Source of the DNA: Candidatus Omnitrophota bacterium
GTDB lineage: Bacteria > Omnitrophota > Gorgyraeia > Gygaellales > Profunditerraquicolaceae
Direction of reading: 5' to 3'
Assembly: GCA_028716245.1 (NCBI GenBank)
Contig: JAQUQW010000004.1
Span: 4,630 to 68,629, forward strand
DNA length: 64,000 nucleotides
Shown: piece after piece, positions 9,501 through 18,424 of the stretch
Position numbering within the stretch: position 1 is the stretch's first letter
Layout of the letters: the number at the start of each line of letters is the position of its first letter
Notes under the pieces: model-generated
Seen by the model: only the letters and a program-made list of their open reading frames with translations
What the model was told of the DNA's origin: nothing
The model's database searches: none
Program-made: the position numbers and the translations under genes

Positions 9501-9769
9501 TTGCCCTCTTCTTTTGATTCTTCTGAAACCATCTCAATATCTTTTTTCGGACAGATATCCGCGCATAACCCGCAGCCCTTGCAATAAGTATAATCTACCG
9601 AAAAAGAATTCTTCTCTTTTCCGCGCACGCAACCCTCCGGGCAGATCATTAAACACATCCTGCAGGCAATACAATTCTTATGTAAATAATGCGGCCGCAG
9701 CAAAGTCCTCCAACTGCCGGTCTTGCTGCCTTTACTTTTTGCCGGATTTACGGTTAACGGTCCGAACAT
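9497..9769 (-). CDS. porD: POR delta subunit (2x[4Fe-4S] ferredoxin).
   Basis: CIACRMCLMICP and CKGCGLCADICP motifs. 90 aa. Confidence 0.85.
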   Translation of the reverse strand: MFGPLTVNPAKSKGSKTGSWRTLLRPHYLHKNCIACRMCLMICPEGCVRGKEKNSFSVDYTYCKGCGLCADICPKKDIEMVSEESKEEGK

Positions 9770-9770
9770 T

Positions 9771-10322
9771 TTATCCTTTTAGTTTATTTTTAACAAATTC
9801 AAAACCTTCTTTAACTGCCTGGATATTGCCTTCCTGGGCCTTACCCTTAAAACGATTTTTGACTACCGCGATAAGATTATCTAATTTTAATTCTCCGGTA
9901 GCCGCGGCGAATGCCCCGATTAAAGCGGTATTGCCTAACGGCCGGCCGATGTTTTTTAAAGCAATTTCATTAGCCGGGACTACAAAGACTTTTTGCTTGG
10001 CTTTTAATTTGGGCAGCTCCAGGTCTTCTTTGCCGTTAATAATCGCTACCCCATCATCCTTTAATCCGGAAAAACAGTTATAACCGCGCATAAGGGTCGG
10101 ATCAACGATAATTACGTAGTCAGGCTCATAAATCTGGCTGCGCAGACGCACCGGGTCAGTATCTACGCGCACAAAGGCGTTCATCGGCGCCCCCATCCGG
10201 GCTGCTCCGAAGTTGGGAAAGGCATAAGGGTATTTACCTTCGTTAAAGTAGCTAAACCCTAACAATGCCGCGGTAGTGATTGCGCCCTGGCCGGCGCGGG
10301 CATGGATTCTGATTTCTTTCAT
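9771..10322 (-). CDS. porG: POR gamma subunit.
   Basis: HARAGQGAITTAALLG motif typical of the 2-oxoacid:acceptor oxidoreductase gamma subunit. Gene order gamma-delta-alpha-beta. Confidence 0.85.
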   Translation of the reverse strand: MKEIRIHARAGQGAITTAALLGFSYFNEGKYPYAFPNFGAARMGAPMNAFVRVDTDPVRLRSQIYEPDYVIIVDPTLMRGYNCFSGLKDDGVAIINGKEDLELPKLKAKQKVFVVPANEIALKNIGRPLGNTALIGAFAAATGELKLDNLIAVVKNRFKGKAQEGNIQAVKEGFEFVKNKLKG

Positions 10323-10370
10323 ATTATTCTTTCTTGTGCCACTGTGAAAATCGCCAAAAGCGATTTCTTG

Positions 10371-10398
10371 ATTATATAGCTTATACTGGTTTTGTCAA
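10371..10398 (-). promoter_or_regulatory. Putative sigma70 promoter for porGDAB: TTGACA -16- TATAAT. The 5'UTR then carries a 7-bp hairpin (AAATCGC/GCGATTT).
   Basis: Minus strand TTGACAaaaccagtataagctaTATAATcaagaaatcgcttttggcgattttcac. Confidence 0.45.
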
Positions 10399-10409
10399 AT
10401 AGTTTATTT

Positions 10410-11444
10410 TTAGAAGTTTTTGCGGATAAAAACGCTGGTTTGGCCAAGCAGGCTTAAAATTCCTTCCGCCTTGAGGGGATCTAGGGTGCCTAAACCGCAT
10501 GCCGGGCTGACCATCAGCCTTTCCAGCAGGAGGTTACGGTCAATTCCTTTCTTAACCAGTATATCTAAACCGGATTTTATCTTTTGCGCCAACATCTCCG
10601 GGCCCTGGCTGCTATTATAGCCCTGGGTCGGAATAATCCCCCAGCAGATAATCCCGCCTCTTTTTAAGAAACTGTTGAGATTATCCGCGTAAAGGACAAA
10701 CCTCTCCTGAAATTCAAAAGCGTCAAAATTAATGATGTCGATATTTTCGGTATCCGTAAGCATGGACCAATCGGTATTTCCGCAGCAATGGATGCCGATC
10801 AGGCAACCCTTGGCTTTTAAACTATCCGTAAGCTCTAAAAAAGCATTAATTACATCGCTGCGGTTAACCGGAGTATAGGCAGAACCTACGGCGCTGAGAA
10901 ACGGCTCATCAAAAAACATAATCATTTTCTTGCCGAATTTCTTGAATAAATCCAACTGCCAAAGCGCCTTCATGCTCAAGCCCTTAATCATCGCCTGCAT
11001 CAAGACCGCATCATGTAAAATAGCTTTGCCGCCTAAATCGGTTATTCCGGAACAAAAGGTAAACGGGCCGGTAACCTGGCATTTGATAAATTCAATGCCG
11101 CTTAGGTCTATCTGGCCAAGCCGCTGATAAAATGCGTGCAAACCCCGGGCAAAATCCGGAGTAATCTTAAAATACTCCAGATCCTGGGAGATAATTTTTT
11201 CATAGAATAACTCCAGCTCTTTTTCCCTGTCGTAAGCGGCAAAACTTAAGCCATTGGCGCCCATCTTAAGCCCGGGCAGATTCTGGCTGAATTGCGCGAT
11301 CATCCCCTCGCGCGCCTCGATCTTAGGCAGTTGCGGCCAAAAAGGCGCTGCGGGAAGATAACGTAAAATTAAATCTACCGCTTTTTGCGGATCAAGCAAA
11401 GGAAGGCTGCCGATACCCGTTGCCAGGCCTTTTATCTTAATCAT
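10410..11444 (-). CDS. Zinc-dependent methyltransferase of the MetE C-terminal-domain / URO-D superfamily (truncated 'core-MetE'-like cobalamin-independent methionine synthase family, or MtaA-like).
   Basis: 344 aa. GIHCCGNTDW resembles the H-x-C-G zinc motif. FFDEP resembles the substrate-binding (I/V)(Q)IDEP region of Meth_synt_2-family proteins. There is no N-terminal folate-binding domain. Confidence 0.45.
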   Translation of the reverse strand: MIKIKGLATGIGSLPLLDPQKAVDLILRYLPAAPFWPQLPKIEAREGMIAQFSQNLPGLKMGANGLSFAAYDREKELELFYEKIISQDLEYFKITPDFARGLHAFYQRLGQIDLSGIEFIKCQVTGPFTFCSGITDLGGKAILHDAVLMQAMIKGLSMKALWQLDLFKKFGKKMIMFFDEPFLSAVGSAYTPVNRSDVINAFLELTDSLKAKGCLIGIHCCGNTDWSMLTDTENIDIINFDAFEFQERFVLYADNLNSFLKRGGIICWGIIPTQGYNSSQGPEMLAQKIKSGLDILVKKGIDRNLLLERLMVSPACGLGTLDPLKAEGILSLLGQTSVFIRKNF

Positions 11445-11905
11445 ACCTTTTCCCGCCTTAGCTTGCCTGTAGGATGTATCTGGACGATCTCTTCTACTTT
11501 TATTTTTAAAATTACAAACTGCTCGGAAGCAGCCATTTCATAAGCATTGTGGGCCCGGCCCTTCATAATTCCGTCGATAATCCTGGTCGTGGATAGATCT
11601 ATTTCTTTACGCTCTAAATCAGTGAGCGCTAAATCATACTCCGGCCCGCTATCAATAATCTCCACTTTTCCGTTTATCTGATAACCCATAAGGGTATTAT
11701 TATCGAGAAAAGAAAGCGAAACATGCGGATTGACCTGAAGGTTGCGAAAAGTCTGGCCGATAACATAATCGACCAGATAAATATAGCTGGCATCTACCTT
11801 CAATAAAAATTTAGGTGCCGCATTGGGCCTAGCATCCAAATCACAGGAGGCTGTGCTGATAAATTCCCGGGATTCAATAAGGGCCTTTATGGCTTTACTA
11901 ATCAT
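11441..11905 (-). CDS. Pyridoxamine 5'-phosphate oxidase-like FMN-binding split-barrel protein.
   Basis: 154 aa with general-stress-protein-26 / PNPOx-like pattern (ARPNAAPK...YIYLVD...). It overlaps its neighbours by 4 nt. Confidence 0.55.
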   Translation of the reverse strand: MISKAIKALIESREFISTASCDLDARPNAAPKFLLKVDASYIYLVDYVIGQTFRNLQVNPHVSLSFLDNNTLMGYQINGKVEIIDSGPEYDLALTDLERKEIDLSTTRIIDGIMKGRAHNAYEMAASEQFVILKIKVEEIVQIHPTGKLRREKV

Positions 11906-12291
11906 TTCTTGCCTTTAAATCCTTCCATCACGCTGTCAGCCAGGACATTGGCAAAAGCAGATTTAAAATCATAGACAGCATTAAAGTCATCCGGGGAATC
12001 GCCTTGCGCCTTAGCTAAGAGTTTTTTCTCGATCATACTAAAAACAATATTGCCGAAATCCCGCGTCTCTCTTATTCCCCAATACGTTAAAACACGGCTG
12101 GCCAGGGCCCCGTACTGGTTAATCGCGTAATCCCGCAGGCCAAAAGCAAGTTCGCCCCCGGAAACATGGGTTTTTCTCTTTAGCTTGTTTTGCGTGAAAT
12201 TCAAGCCCTGCAGCACAAACTCATAGGCATCCGGTTTATACCTTTTGTCCTGATTACAGATTTCCTCAACTAAATCGTAAAATTTACCCAT
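11902..12291 (-). CDS. Hypothetical protein, 129 aa.
   Basis: Intact ORF with an ATG start, overlapping its neighbour by 4 nt. I recognise no domain. Confidence 0.3.
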   Translation of the reverse strand: MGKFYDLVEEICNQDKRYKPDAYEFVLQGLNFTQNKLKRKTHVSGGELAFGLRDYAINQYGALASRVLTYWGIRETRDFGNIVFSMIEKKLLAKAQGDSPDDFNAVYDFKSAFANVLADSVMEGFKGKK

Positions 12292-12763
12292 TATTCCCCT
12301 TAAACAATAACTTTTTATAATCCAACGGTAAGGCGTGCTGATCTGAAATTACGCGCCCGGATTTATCCATAAATACATATGTGGGCACCCCAATAACTTT
12401 ATATTTATCCGCGACCAGCCCATCTCTGTCTAAAAGTATTCCGAAAGTAAGCGCATTACTCATAAAAAATCTCTGCACCTTATAATCCGGCTCTCCGATA
12501 TTAACCGCAAAAACAGTTATCCCCTCTTTTTTCATCTGAGGATACATCTGGTTTAAAATCTTGATCTCCTTGCGGCAGTAGGGACACCAGGTAGTCCAGA
12601 AAAATAAGATTGTTGGCTTTCCGTTATAACTGGAAAGATCCACCGCTTTACCGTCTAAATCATTCAAGATAATATCTCCGGCAGAGGCTGTCTTGGAAAA
12701 ACCTAAAACTAAGAGAATTAAAATAACCAACACCAGTATCCTGTTTTTTTTAAGAAATCCCAC
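12284..12763 (-). CDS. tlpA: TlpA/ResA-like thioredoxin-fold thiol-disulfide oxidoreductase with an N-terminal membrane anchor. The start is corrected to the GTG that overlaps the ccdA stop by 1 nt.
   Basis: WCPYC active site (FFWTTWCPYCRKE). A perfect AAGGAGG RBS lies 5 nt before GTG (aaggaggttctaGTGg), and TAG/GTG overlap. The ORF-track start at 12850 would overlap ccdA by 88 nt. Confidence 0.75.
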   Translation of the reverse strand: MGFLKKNRILVLVILILLVLGFSKTASAGDIILNDLDGKAVDLSSYNGKPTILFFWTTWCPYCRKEIKILNQMYPQMKKEGITVFAVNIGEPDYKVQRFFMSNALTFGILLDRDGLVADKYKVIGVPTYVFMDKSGRVISDQHALPLDYKKLLFKGNNG

Positions 12764-13431
12764 TAGAACCTCCTTATCGCCGTAATAATAAAATATACTC
12801 CCGATAAAACAATGACTGAGGCGCAAATTTTCTTGATTGTAATCATCCATTTACCGGGCTTAGGCAATCCGGTAAGGGCGGGCCCGAAAGTGCCGATAAA
12901 AATAAAAACCAAACCCATCCCGTAAGAAAAACAAAACAAGAGGAACGCCGCGTAAAATACGTTTTTGGTCAGCGCTAAATAAGCCAAAATCGAAGCCAAA
13001 ATCGGGGTAAGGCAGGGTGAGATCATTAATCCTGAAACAAGGCCAAATAATAAAGCCGATAGATAGCTGCCTTTCCTGATGGCCGGGAGTTTTAAATGGG
13101 AAATAAAATTAAACTGCAATAAATCAAACATCGAAAGCCCGAAGATAAATATGACCACCCCCGAAATAAGGCTGACTGCGGGGCTGGAGCTAATTTTACC
13201 GAAAATACTGCCGGTTAACACCGCCAGGATCCCCAGAAAGGAATAAGTAATGGCAATGCCGCTAACATAAGAGAAGCTTAAGAAAAACCCCCTGGTCTTT
13301 GAATTTTGCGCGTGACCGACGATGTAGCCGGCGCTAATCGGGATAAGCGGATAGACGCAGGGCGTCAGGCTGGCCAAAAATCCGCCAAAGAAAGCAATGA
13401 AAAAATCAAATGGGCTGCCTAAGAGATGCAT
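12763..13431 (-). CDS. ccdA: Cytochrome c-type biogenesis protein CcdA (DsbD transmembrane-domain family).
   Basis: Six predicted TM helices and conserved Cys in TM1 and TM4 (LTPCVYPLIP...SPCLTP). Confidence 0.8.
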   Translation of the reverse strand: MHLLGSPFDFFIAFFGGFLASLTPCVYPLIPISAGYIVGHAQNSKTRGFFLSFSYVSGIAITYSFLGILAVLTGSIFGKISSSPAVSLISGVVIFIFGLSMFDLLQFNFISHLKLPAIRKGSYLSALLFGLVSGLMISPCLTPILASILAYLALTKNVFYAAFLLFCFSYGMGLVFIFIGTFGPALTGLPKPGKWMITIKKICASVIVLSGVYFIITAIRRF

Positions 13432-13726
13432 CGATCCACCTTAAATATGGCTTATTCCCGGAAATTACCGGAAGGGCGATAATCTCCGGTACTTTATAGC
13501 TGTGCAAGGACTTGACTAATTTGATAATTGAGGGCAATTTTTCTTTCTTGGATTTAATAACCAGCAAGGATTCTTTAACCCGGTCTATTTTAGCTTCCCA
13601 AAAAAACAGAGAATCGACTTTATCGATGATATTAACACAGGCGGCTAACTTTGCCTTAACCAGGCCAGCGGCAATAATTTGGCCTTCCTTTTTATCGGTT
13701 GCGGTAACCAAAATAACGATATACAT
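13406..13726 (-). CDS. cutA: Divalent-cation tolerance protein CutA.
   Basis: 106 aa matching the CutA1 pattern (IVLVTA...EA..IA..L....LAAC.N....S.YRW.G.I.). Confidence 0.75.
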   Translation of the reverse strand: MYIVILVTATDKKEGQIIAAGLVKAKLAACVNIIDKVDSLFFWEAKIDRVKESLLVIKSKKEKLPSIIKLVKSLHSYKVPEIIALPVISGNKPYLRWIDASLRQPI

Positions 13727-13733
13727 TTTTTTA

Positions 13734-13970
13734 TTATACCATATTCTCCTGGACTTTTATAGACCTGATCCTGCCCAGCTGCGCACAAAGGTCAAAAACC
13801 AAAGCCGGGTCTTCGGTAACCATATTCACCTGATAATTACAGCTTTCCTTCTGCTCCAGGGCTTGGCTTACTACCAAATCATTGCCAAACTCCGCCAGCG
13901 AGTTTTTAATAATTTTTGGCGAGCTGTCCTTGGCGTGTAAAATAAACTCTAGCGCGTATTTGGTTATCAT
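13734..13970 (-). CDS. Hypothetical small protein (78 aa).
   Basis: Intact ORF. I cannot assign a family with confidence. Confidence 0.3.
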   Translation of the reverse strand: MITKYALEFILHAKDSSPKIIKNSLAEFGNDLVVSQALEQKESCNYQVNMVTEDPALVFDLCAQLGRIRSIKVQENMV

Positions 13971-14698
13971 TTGAGCATAATTACTGAAATCAAACGTCCG
14001 GCGCTTTTAGCCTCTTTACGAAAAGAAAAATAATTAGCATTATCGGAGAAAGTACAAAGCTTAGGATCAAAAATATTTTTTTCTTGAACTCCGCAGCCGG
14101 TTAACTGCCTCTGGTTGATTAAAACGATATCCATAAAAACCCGGCCGCTTCGCTTGATCAACCCGAAGGGAAAATTACTTTTAAAATCCTTCTCTACTTC
14201 AAAACAGCAGGAACGGATAGACGGGCCAAACCCAACCAGGAGACTTTGCGGCTGGCTGTCAAAGCTTTCCCGCATAACCCGGATGCCTTCGGCGCAGATA
14301 TTCTTTTCGGTGCCGCGCCAACCCGCGTGTAAAATCGCAATCGCCGGACGCTTGGGGTCATAGATAAAAACCGACAGGCAATCCGCGGTTAATATCGCAA
14401 TAGGCAGACCTCTCTTATCGGTAACAAAACCATCCGTATCGGCAAAAGAACTTTCATAATCCAAAGCCCCCCTGCCCTTGTTTTCTTCGGTTACATATTC
14501 AACATTTTTACCGTGCACCTGCTTAGCGCAGATCAAATCACGGTAATTAATACCGATGGCATCAAGAAATTTTATCCGGTTCTCCAAGGATGCGGCGGTA
14601 TCCCCATAGCATAAAGACATATTCCCGTCCTGCCTTCTGCTAAAAGCCGCGGTTACCGAATTTAACCCGAATTTTTGTAATGGGTTATAAGGCTGCAT
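13967..14698 (-). CDS. pgeF: PgeF/YfiH (DUF152) family purine-nucleoside phosphorylase / laccase-domain protein.
   Basis: Conserved H..GWRG (ILHAGWRGT) and ..ADC.. (LTADCLSV) motifs. Confidence 0.8.
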   Translation of the reverse strand: MQPYNPLQKFGLNSVTAAFSRRQDGNMSLCYGDTAASLENRIKFLDAIGINYRDLICAKQVHGKNVEYVTEENKGRGALDYESSFADTDGFVTDKRGLPIAILTADCLSVFIYDPKRPAIAILHAGWRGTEKNICAEGIRVMRESFDSQPQSLLVGFGPSIRSCCFEVEKDFKSNFPFGLIKRSGRVFMDIVLINQRQLTGCGVQEKNIFDPKLCTFSDNANYFSFRKEAKSAGRLISVIMLK

Positions 14699-14909
14699 CG
14701 ATCTCCACCAGTTTATCGCGCGATTTTTTTCCGCTTTTAATCCTGAGTTGATATTTCTTTATTTTAAAATACTCGCTCAGCAAATCTATCAGCTGGCTGT
14801 TAGCCTGGCCATCACAGGCAGGCCTGGTCAGATGGACCTTCAAAACATTGCCTTTTTGTTCAACATGATTGCGGCTGGCCCGGGGGCAAACGCGGATATT
14901 AAAGATCAT
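14685..14909 (-). CDS. DUF167 (YggU) family protein.
   Basis: 74 aa. LKV.LTRP..DGQAN..L...L...F.I.K..L.I.SGK.SR.K.V.I pattern. Confidence 0.6.
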   Translation of the reverse strand: MIFNIRVCPRASRNHVEQKGNVLKVHLTRPACDGQANSQLIDLLSEYFKIKKYQLRIKSGKKSRDKLVEIDAAL

Positions 14910-14922
14910 CGGTTAAATTTGC

Positions 14923-15852
14923 TTAATGCTCTATTTGTTTAGTATCCTGAATATTGGTCAGGCGTTCAGATACCTTTTCCAAGCGCTTCTGCGCGTCGCT
15001 ATACTTGGTATTGGCATTGACCAGATGGCTGCCCAAAGTATTGAAATCTTCTTTGAATTTATCCGTTTCAATCGAAAGGGAAACTAAGCTTTTTAGAATT
15101 AACTTGGCATTCTCTTCAACTTTTAAGCCGCGTAAACCTAAACAGATTACCTGCAGATAGGCGTAAAATGTGTTCGGGGAAACAGGGATGACTTTCTTAG
15201 ACATACTAAAAGAAAATATATCCTCTTTAATGATTACTTCGTAATAAACATTTTCAGCCGGGATATACATTAAGGCAAAATCATAAGTATTTTCATCGGG
15301 CAAAATATATTTTGCCGCGATTTCGTTAATCCGGTTTTTGATGTCCTGGATGAATTTTTTACGGAATGATTCTTTGGCCGGCTCATCGCTAGCCTCGATC
15401 ATCTTCTGGAAATTCTCCAGGCTGAATTTAGCGTCAACCGGGACCAGCCGTTCGCCAAGCCGGATAACCGCATCAACTGTATCGGAATTTTTAAAACGAT
15501 ATTGGGCCTGATAATGCTCTTTAGGTAATACCTGGGAAAGCAAGTTCTCTAATAAAGTTTCTCCCATTGCCCCGCGGAACTTCGGGGCGCGCAGGAGCTC
15601 CTGAAGGCTGGAAATATCACGGCTAATAGCGATAATCTGCTTATTGGTCTCCTCTAATTTTCCCAGCTGCTCTTTTACGTTTCCAAAGGCAGAGGTGGCG
15701 CTGCCTAAATTCTGGCCAATGATCTTATTGGCCTCCTGCAGGGACTGGTTCATCTGATTCAGGCGCTCATTGACCTGGGAGGATATCTTCAGGACTATCC
15801 CGATGACCAAAACACCGATGACCAAAAATAATAAAACCGCAAGCCATTCCAT
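14923..15852 (-). CDS. rmuC: DNA recombination protein RmuC.
   Basis: N-terminal TM helix, a coiled-coil region, then RGAMGETLLENLL and VPVDAKF motifs as in E. coli RmuC. Confidence 0.8.
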   Translation of the reverse strand: MEWLAVLLFLVIGVLVIGIVLKISSQVNERLNQMNQSLQEANKIIGQNLGSATSAFGNVKEQLGKLEETNKQIIAISRDISSLQELLRAPKFRGAMGETLLENLLSQVLPKEHYQAQYRFKNSDTVDAVIRLGERLVPVDAKFSLENFQKMIEASDEPAKESFRKKFIQDIKNRINEIAAKYILPDENTYDFALMYIPAENVYYEVIIKEDIFSFSMSKKVIPVSPNTFYAYLQVICLGLRGLKVEENAKLILKSLVSLSIETDKFKEDFNTLGSHLVNANTKYSDAQKRLEKVSERLTNIQDTKQIEH

Positions 15853-15884
15853 AATTTATTAGTATAGCACCAGAAATATTATTC

Positions 15885-16604
15885 TTAAAGCAAATACTCC
15901 GGCCTTATCCTCTTGATACTTCTAAAAATATTAGTCTTGATATCCGGGCAATCCTTTTTCAACTCCTTGATCATTTCGGTAATCTTGGTGCGTTTGGAGG
16001 TAATCGAATTCGGGCAAGTACATTTATGATGCGGGAACTCCAACTCTTTGGCCGACTTTACGATTAAGTCCTCATCCACATAAGCCAGCGGACGGATAAT
16101 GGTTATTGCCCCCTTAAAAAGCACCTGCTTGGGGTTCATTGACGAGATCTCGCCGTTAAAAAACATATTCATCAGGGTAGTTTCAATAATATCATCCTTA
16201 TGATGGCCCAAAGCCAGCTTGGTGCAGGCAAAACGTTTGGTCACCTCAAAAAGCGCTTTGCGCCGGTTCCAGGAACACCAGAAACAAGAAATATCCTTAC
16301 GGCTCTTGCCCTTTAATATATCTATTTTCTCGATATGATACTCTACCCCGATCTTCTTAAAATATTCGCCGAGGATTTTCGGATGATGGCAGGGATACCC
16401 CATATCCACGTGAACCGCTAAGAGTTCATATTTAACCGGCACGAATTTCTGCCTGTCCTTTAGAAATTTAAGCAGGGTCAGGCTATCCTTGCCGCCGGAG
16501 ACAGCCACCGCTATTTTATCGCCGGCAGTAATCATCGCATAATCCATGATCGCCTTGCCCATACTCTTAGAAATATAATATTTGGCGCCTTGCAATGTTC
16601 CCAT
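15885..16604 (-). CDS. ttcA: tRNA 2-thiocytidine(32) synthetase TtcA-like PP-loop ATPase.
   Basis: SGGKDS PP-loop and the Cys clusters CFWCSW and CTCPNS. Confidence 0.8.
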   Translation of the reverse strand: MGTLQGAKYYISKSMGKAIMDYAMITAGDKIAVAVSGGKDSLTLLKFLKDRQKFVPVKYELLAVHVDMGYPCHHPKILGEYFKKIGVEYHIEKIDILKGKSRKDISCFWCSWNRRKALFEVTKRFACTKLALGHHKDDIIETTLMNMFFNGEISSMNPKQVLFKGAITIIRPLAYVDEDLIVKSAKELEFPHHKCTCPNSITSKRTKITEMIKELKKDCPDIKTNIFRSIKRIRPEYLL

Positions 16605-16610
16605 ATATTT

Positions 16611-18416
16611 TTAGATTCTTCCGGAATCAGCAACCATCTTATGGATTTGCTGATTTAAAGGATGGCGGAGTAATTCCTCGAGGCTAAGCGGAAGCCTAAG
16701 CGACCAGTTCATTGGGCTGATCGTCCCCGGGACATTTATCCGGTACGCATAGGGATCGCCTTTAAAAATACCGGCTAAACTCAAATAATCGACTATTGAA
16801 TTAATGCAAAATATTGCCTGGGAGCTTAAAATAAACTGGATTACCTTGACTAATAATTCTTCACTGGCAGCTTCGGCCATTGCGCCGGGGCAGCCCAGAA
16901 TCTTCCAAAGTTTCTCTTTTTCTCTATAAGTATTTTCGTAAAGATCGATAAAATCACCTACCCCATCCCTATGCTTACCCAGTTCCCAAAGCAGCTTATC
17001 TACGGTATCGATCTCTTTTCTCCAGCGCAGGCGCCCATGCATTGAAAGGCCCGGATCAAAAAGTTTTAAACTGACTTTGGCAAAATCAATTTTCCGGTCA
17101 TTGCACTTACGCCTAAACAAAGCTTCATCTACCGTACCTGCCTCATACTGCCACCAGGCCTTCCAGTTAGTCGTATCATGCGTAGAAAGCATGCTTACGG
17201 ATAGCTGGCGGTACTCCTGCGGCAGGAGAAAATCATGCCGTTTATGCCAATCCTTGACCCAACGCTGGACATCATTTCCGGGTATTCCAAATTCCAGCAA
17301 CGTATCCGTGCAACATTTAGGGATCACCCCTAAGTCTTCGGCGCAAAGCAGCATTTTTGTGTCTTGCACCAGAACGCTTAATATTTTTTGCCCATGCTGG
17401 CACCAAAGGCCCTCATCAAGAGGATCAAACTTTCCGTTTAGCCCGTGGTTTTCTTCCGGCTCATTATAAGGAATACTCCAGATACGGAAAAGCCCGACGA
17501 CATGGTCAATGCGCAGGATATTATAGAACTCTTGGGCGTATTTTAATTTTTCTTTGATATAACGGTAATCGTCTTTAGAGATATTTTCCCAATTATAAAT
17601 AGGCATCCCCCAGCGCTGCCCCTTGGCACAGTACATATCCGGCGGAGCTCCGGCGGCAAAATCAAGCTTGAAAAATTGCGGGTGGCTCCAGACATCGGCG
17701 CTGTCCCGGGAAACCAAAACCGGCAGGTCGCCTTTTATAAGAATATTATTTTTGGCGGCATATTCAGCTGCCTGCTTAAATTGTTTAAAAAGTACCCACT
17801 GCAGCCACATTTGAAAAGTCACCTCTTCGATGTTCTCCTGCTGGAAATCCTGTAATGCCTGCCGGAAGCGCTGCTTAAATCTTTCTCCCCATTCATACCA
17901 GGGCTTGCCCTGATGATGGTCTTTGAGCACTTTAAAAAGCGCAAAATCCATCAACCAATAAAAATTTTTGCGCTGGAATTCTTCAAAATCAAACGCCTGG
18001 CTTAAATCCTCTGCCAAATAGATATCCCAGAGCAGCCGCAACTTTTCTTCTTTTACCGTGTAATCAACCTGATCGGGGATGCCGGAAACCGGAGTAAATT
18101 TTTTATCTTTTAATTGGCCAAAACCTTTTAGGGAAATATAGGCGGGTTCCAGCGCGAAAGAACTTAAAGCATCATAAGGACAAAACACCGAACCGACTTC
18201 GTTCATCGGCAGCAGCTGGAGAATTGAGTTAGAGGTTAACTTTGCCCAATCGATAATCAGCTTTAAATCATCCAGATCCCCGATGCCAAAACTATCCTTT
18301 GAATACAGGCTAAATAACGGGATTAAAACTCCAGCGCGCTTTTTAAAACCGGCATTTTTCCAATTATCTTTGGATATGCTTTTGGAAAGGAAATCTTGAA
18401 GGTTTAATTCAGGCAT
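16611..18416 (-). CDS. malQ: 4-alpha-glucanotransferase (amylomaltase, GH77).
   Basis: 601 aa. GH77 catalytic region (RIDHVVGLFRIW, CAEDLGVIP, MLSTHDT). Confidence 0.85.
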   Translation of the reverse strand: MPELNLQDFLSKSISKDNWKNAGFKKRAGVLIPLFSLYSKDSFGIGDLDDLKLIIDWAKLTSNSILQLLPMNEVGSVFCPYDALSSFALEPAYISLKGFGQLKDKKFTPVSGIPDQVDYTVKEEKLRLLWDIYLAEDLSQAFDFEEFQRKNFYWLMDFALFKVLKDHHQGKPWYEWGERFKQRFRQALQDFQQENIEEVTFQMWLQWVLFKQFKQAAEYAAKNNILIKGDLPVLVSRDSADVWSHPQFFKLDFAAGAPPDMYCAKGQRWGMPIYNWENISKDDYRYIKEKLKYAQEFYNILRIDHVVGLFRIWSIPYNEPEENHGLNGKFDPLDEGLWCQHGQKILSVLVQDTKMLLCAEDLGVIPKCCTDTLLEFGIPGNDVQRWVKDWHKRHDFLLPQEYRQLSVSMLSTHDTTNWKAWWQYEAGTVDEALFRRKCNDRKIDFAKVSLKLFDPGLSMHGRLRWRKEIDTVDKLLWELGKHRDGVGDFIDLYENTYREKEKLWKILGCPGAMAEAASEELLVKVIQFILSSQAIFCINSIVDYLSLAGIFKGDPYAYRINVPGTISPMNWSLRLPLSLEELLRHPLNQQIHKMVADSGRI

Positions 18417-18424
18417 AGCTTAAA

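Noticed and set aside
9454-10083. Long plus-strand ORFs antisense to well-supported genes (9454-10083, 13512-13940, 28558-29055, 45065-45634, 53963-54535).
   Set aside because: Each lies entirely inside a minus-strand gene with strong family signatures. The translations are low-complexity (S/P/A/R-rich) and typical of antisense frames.
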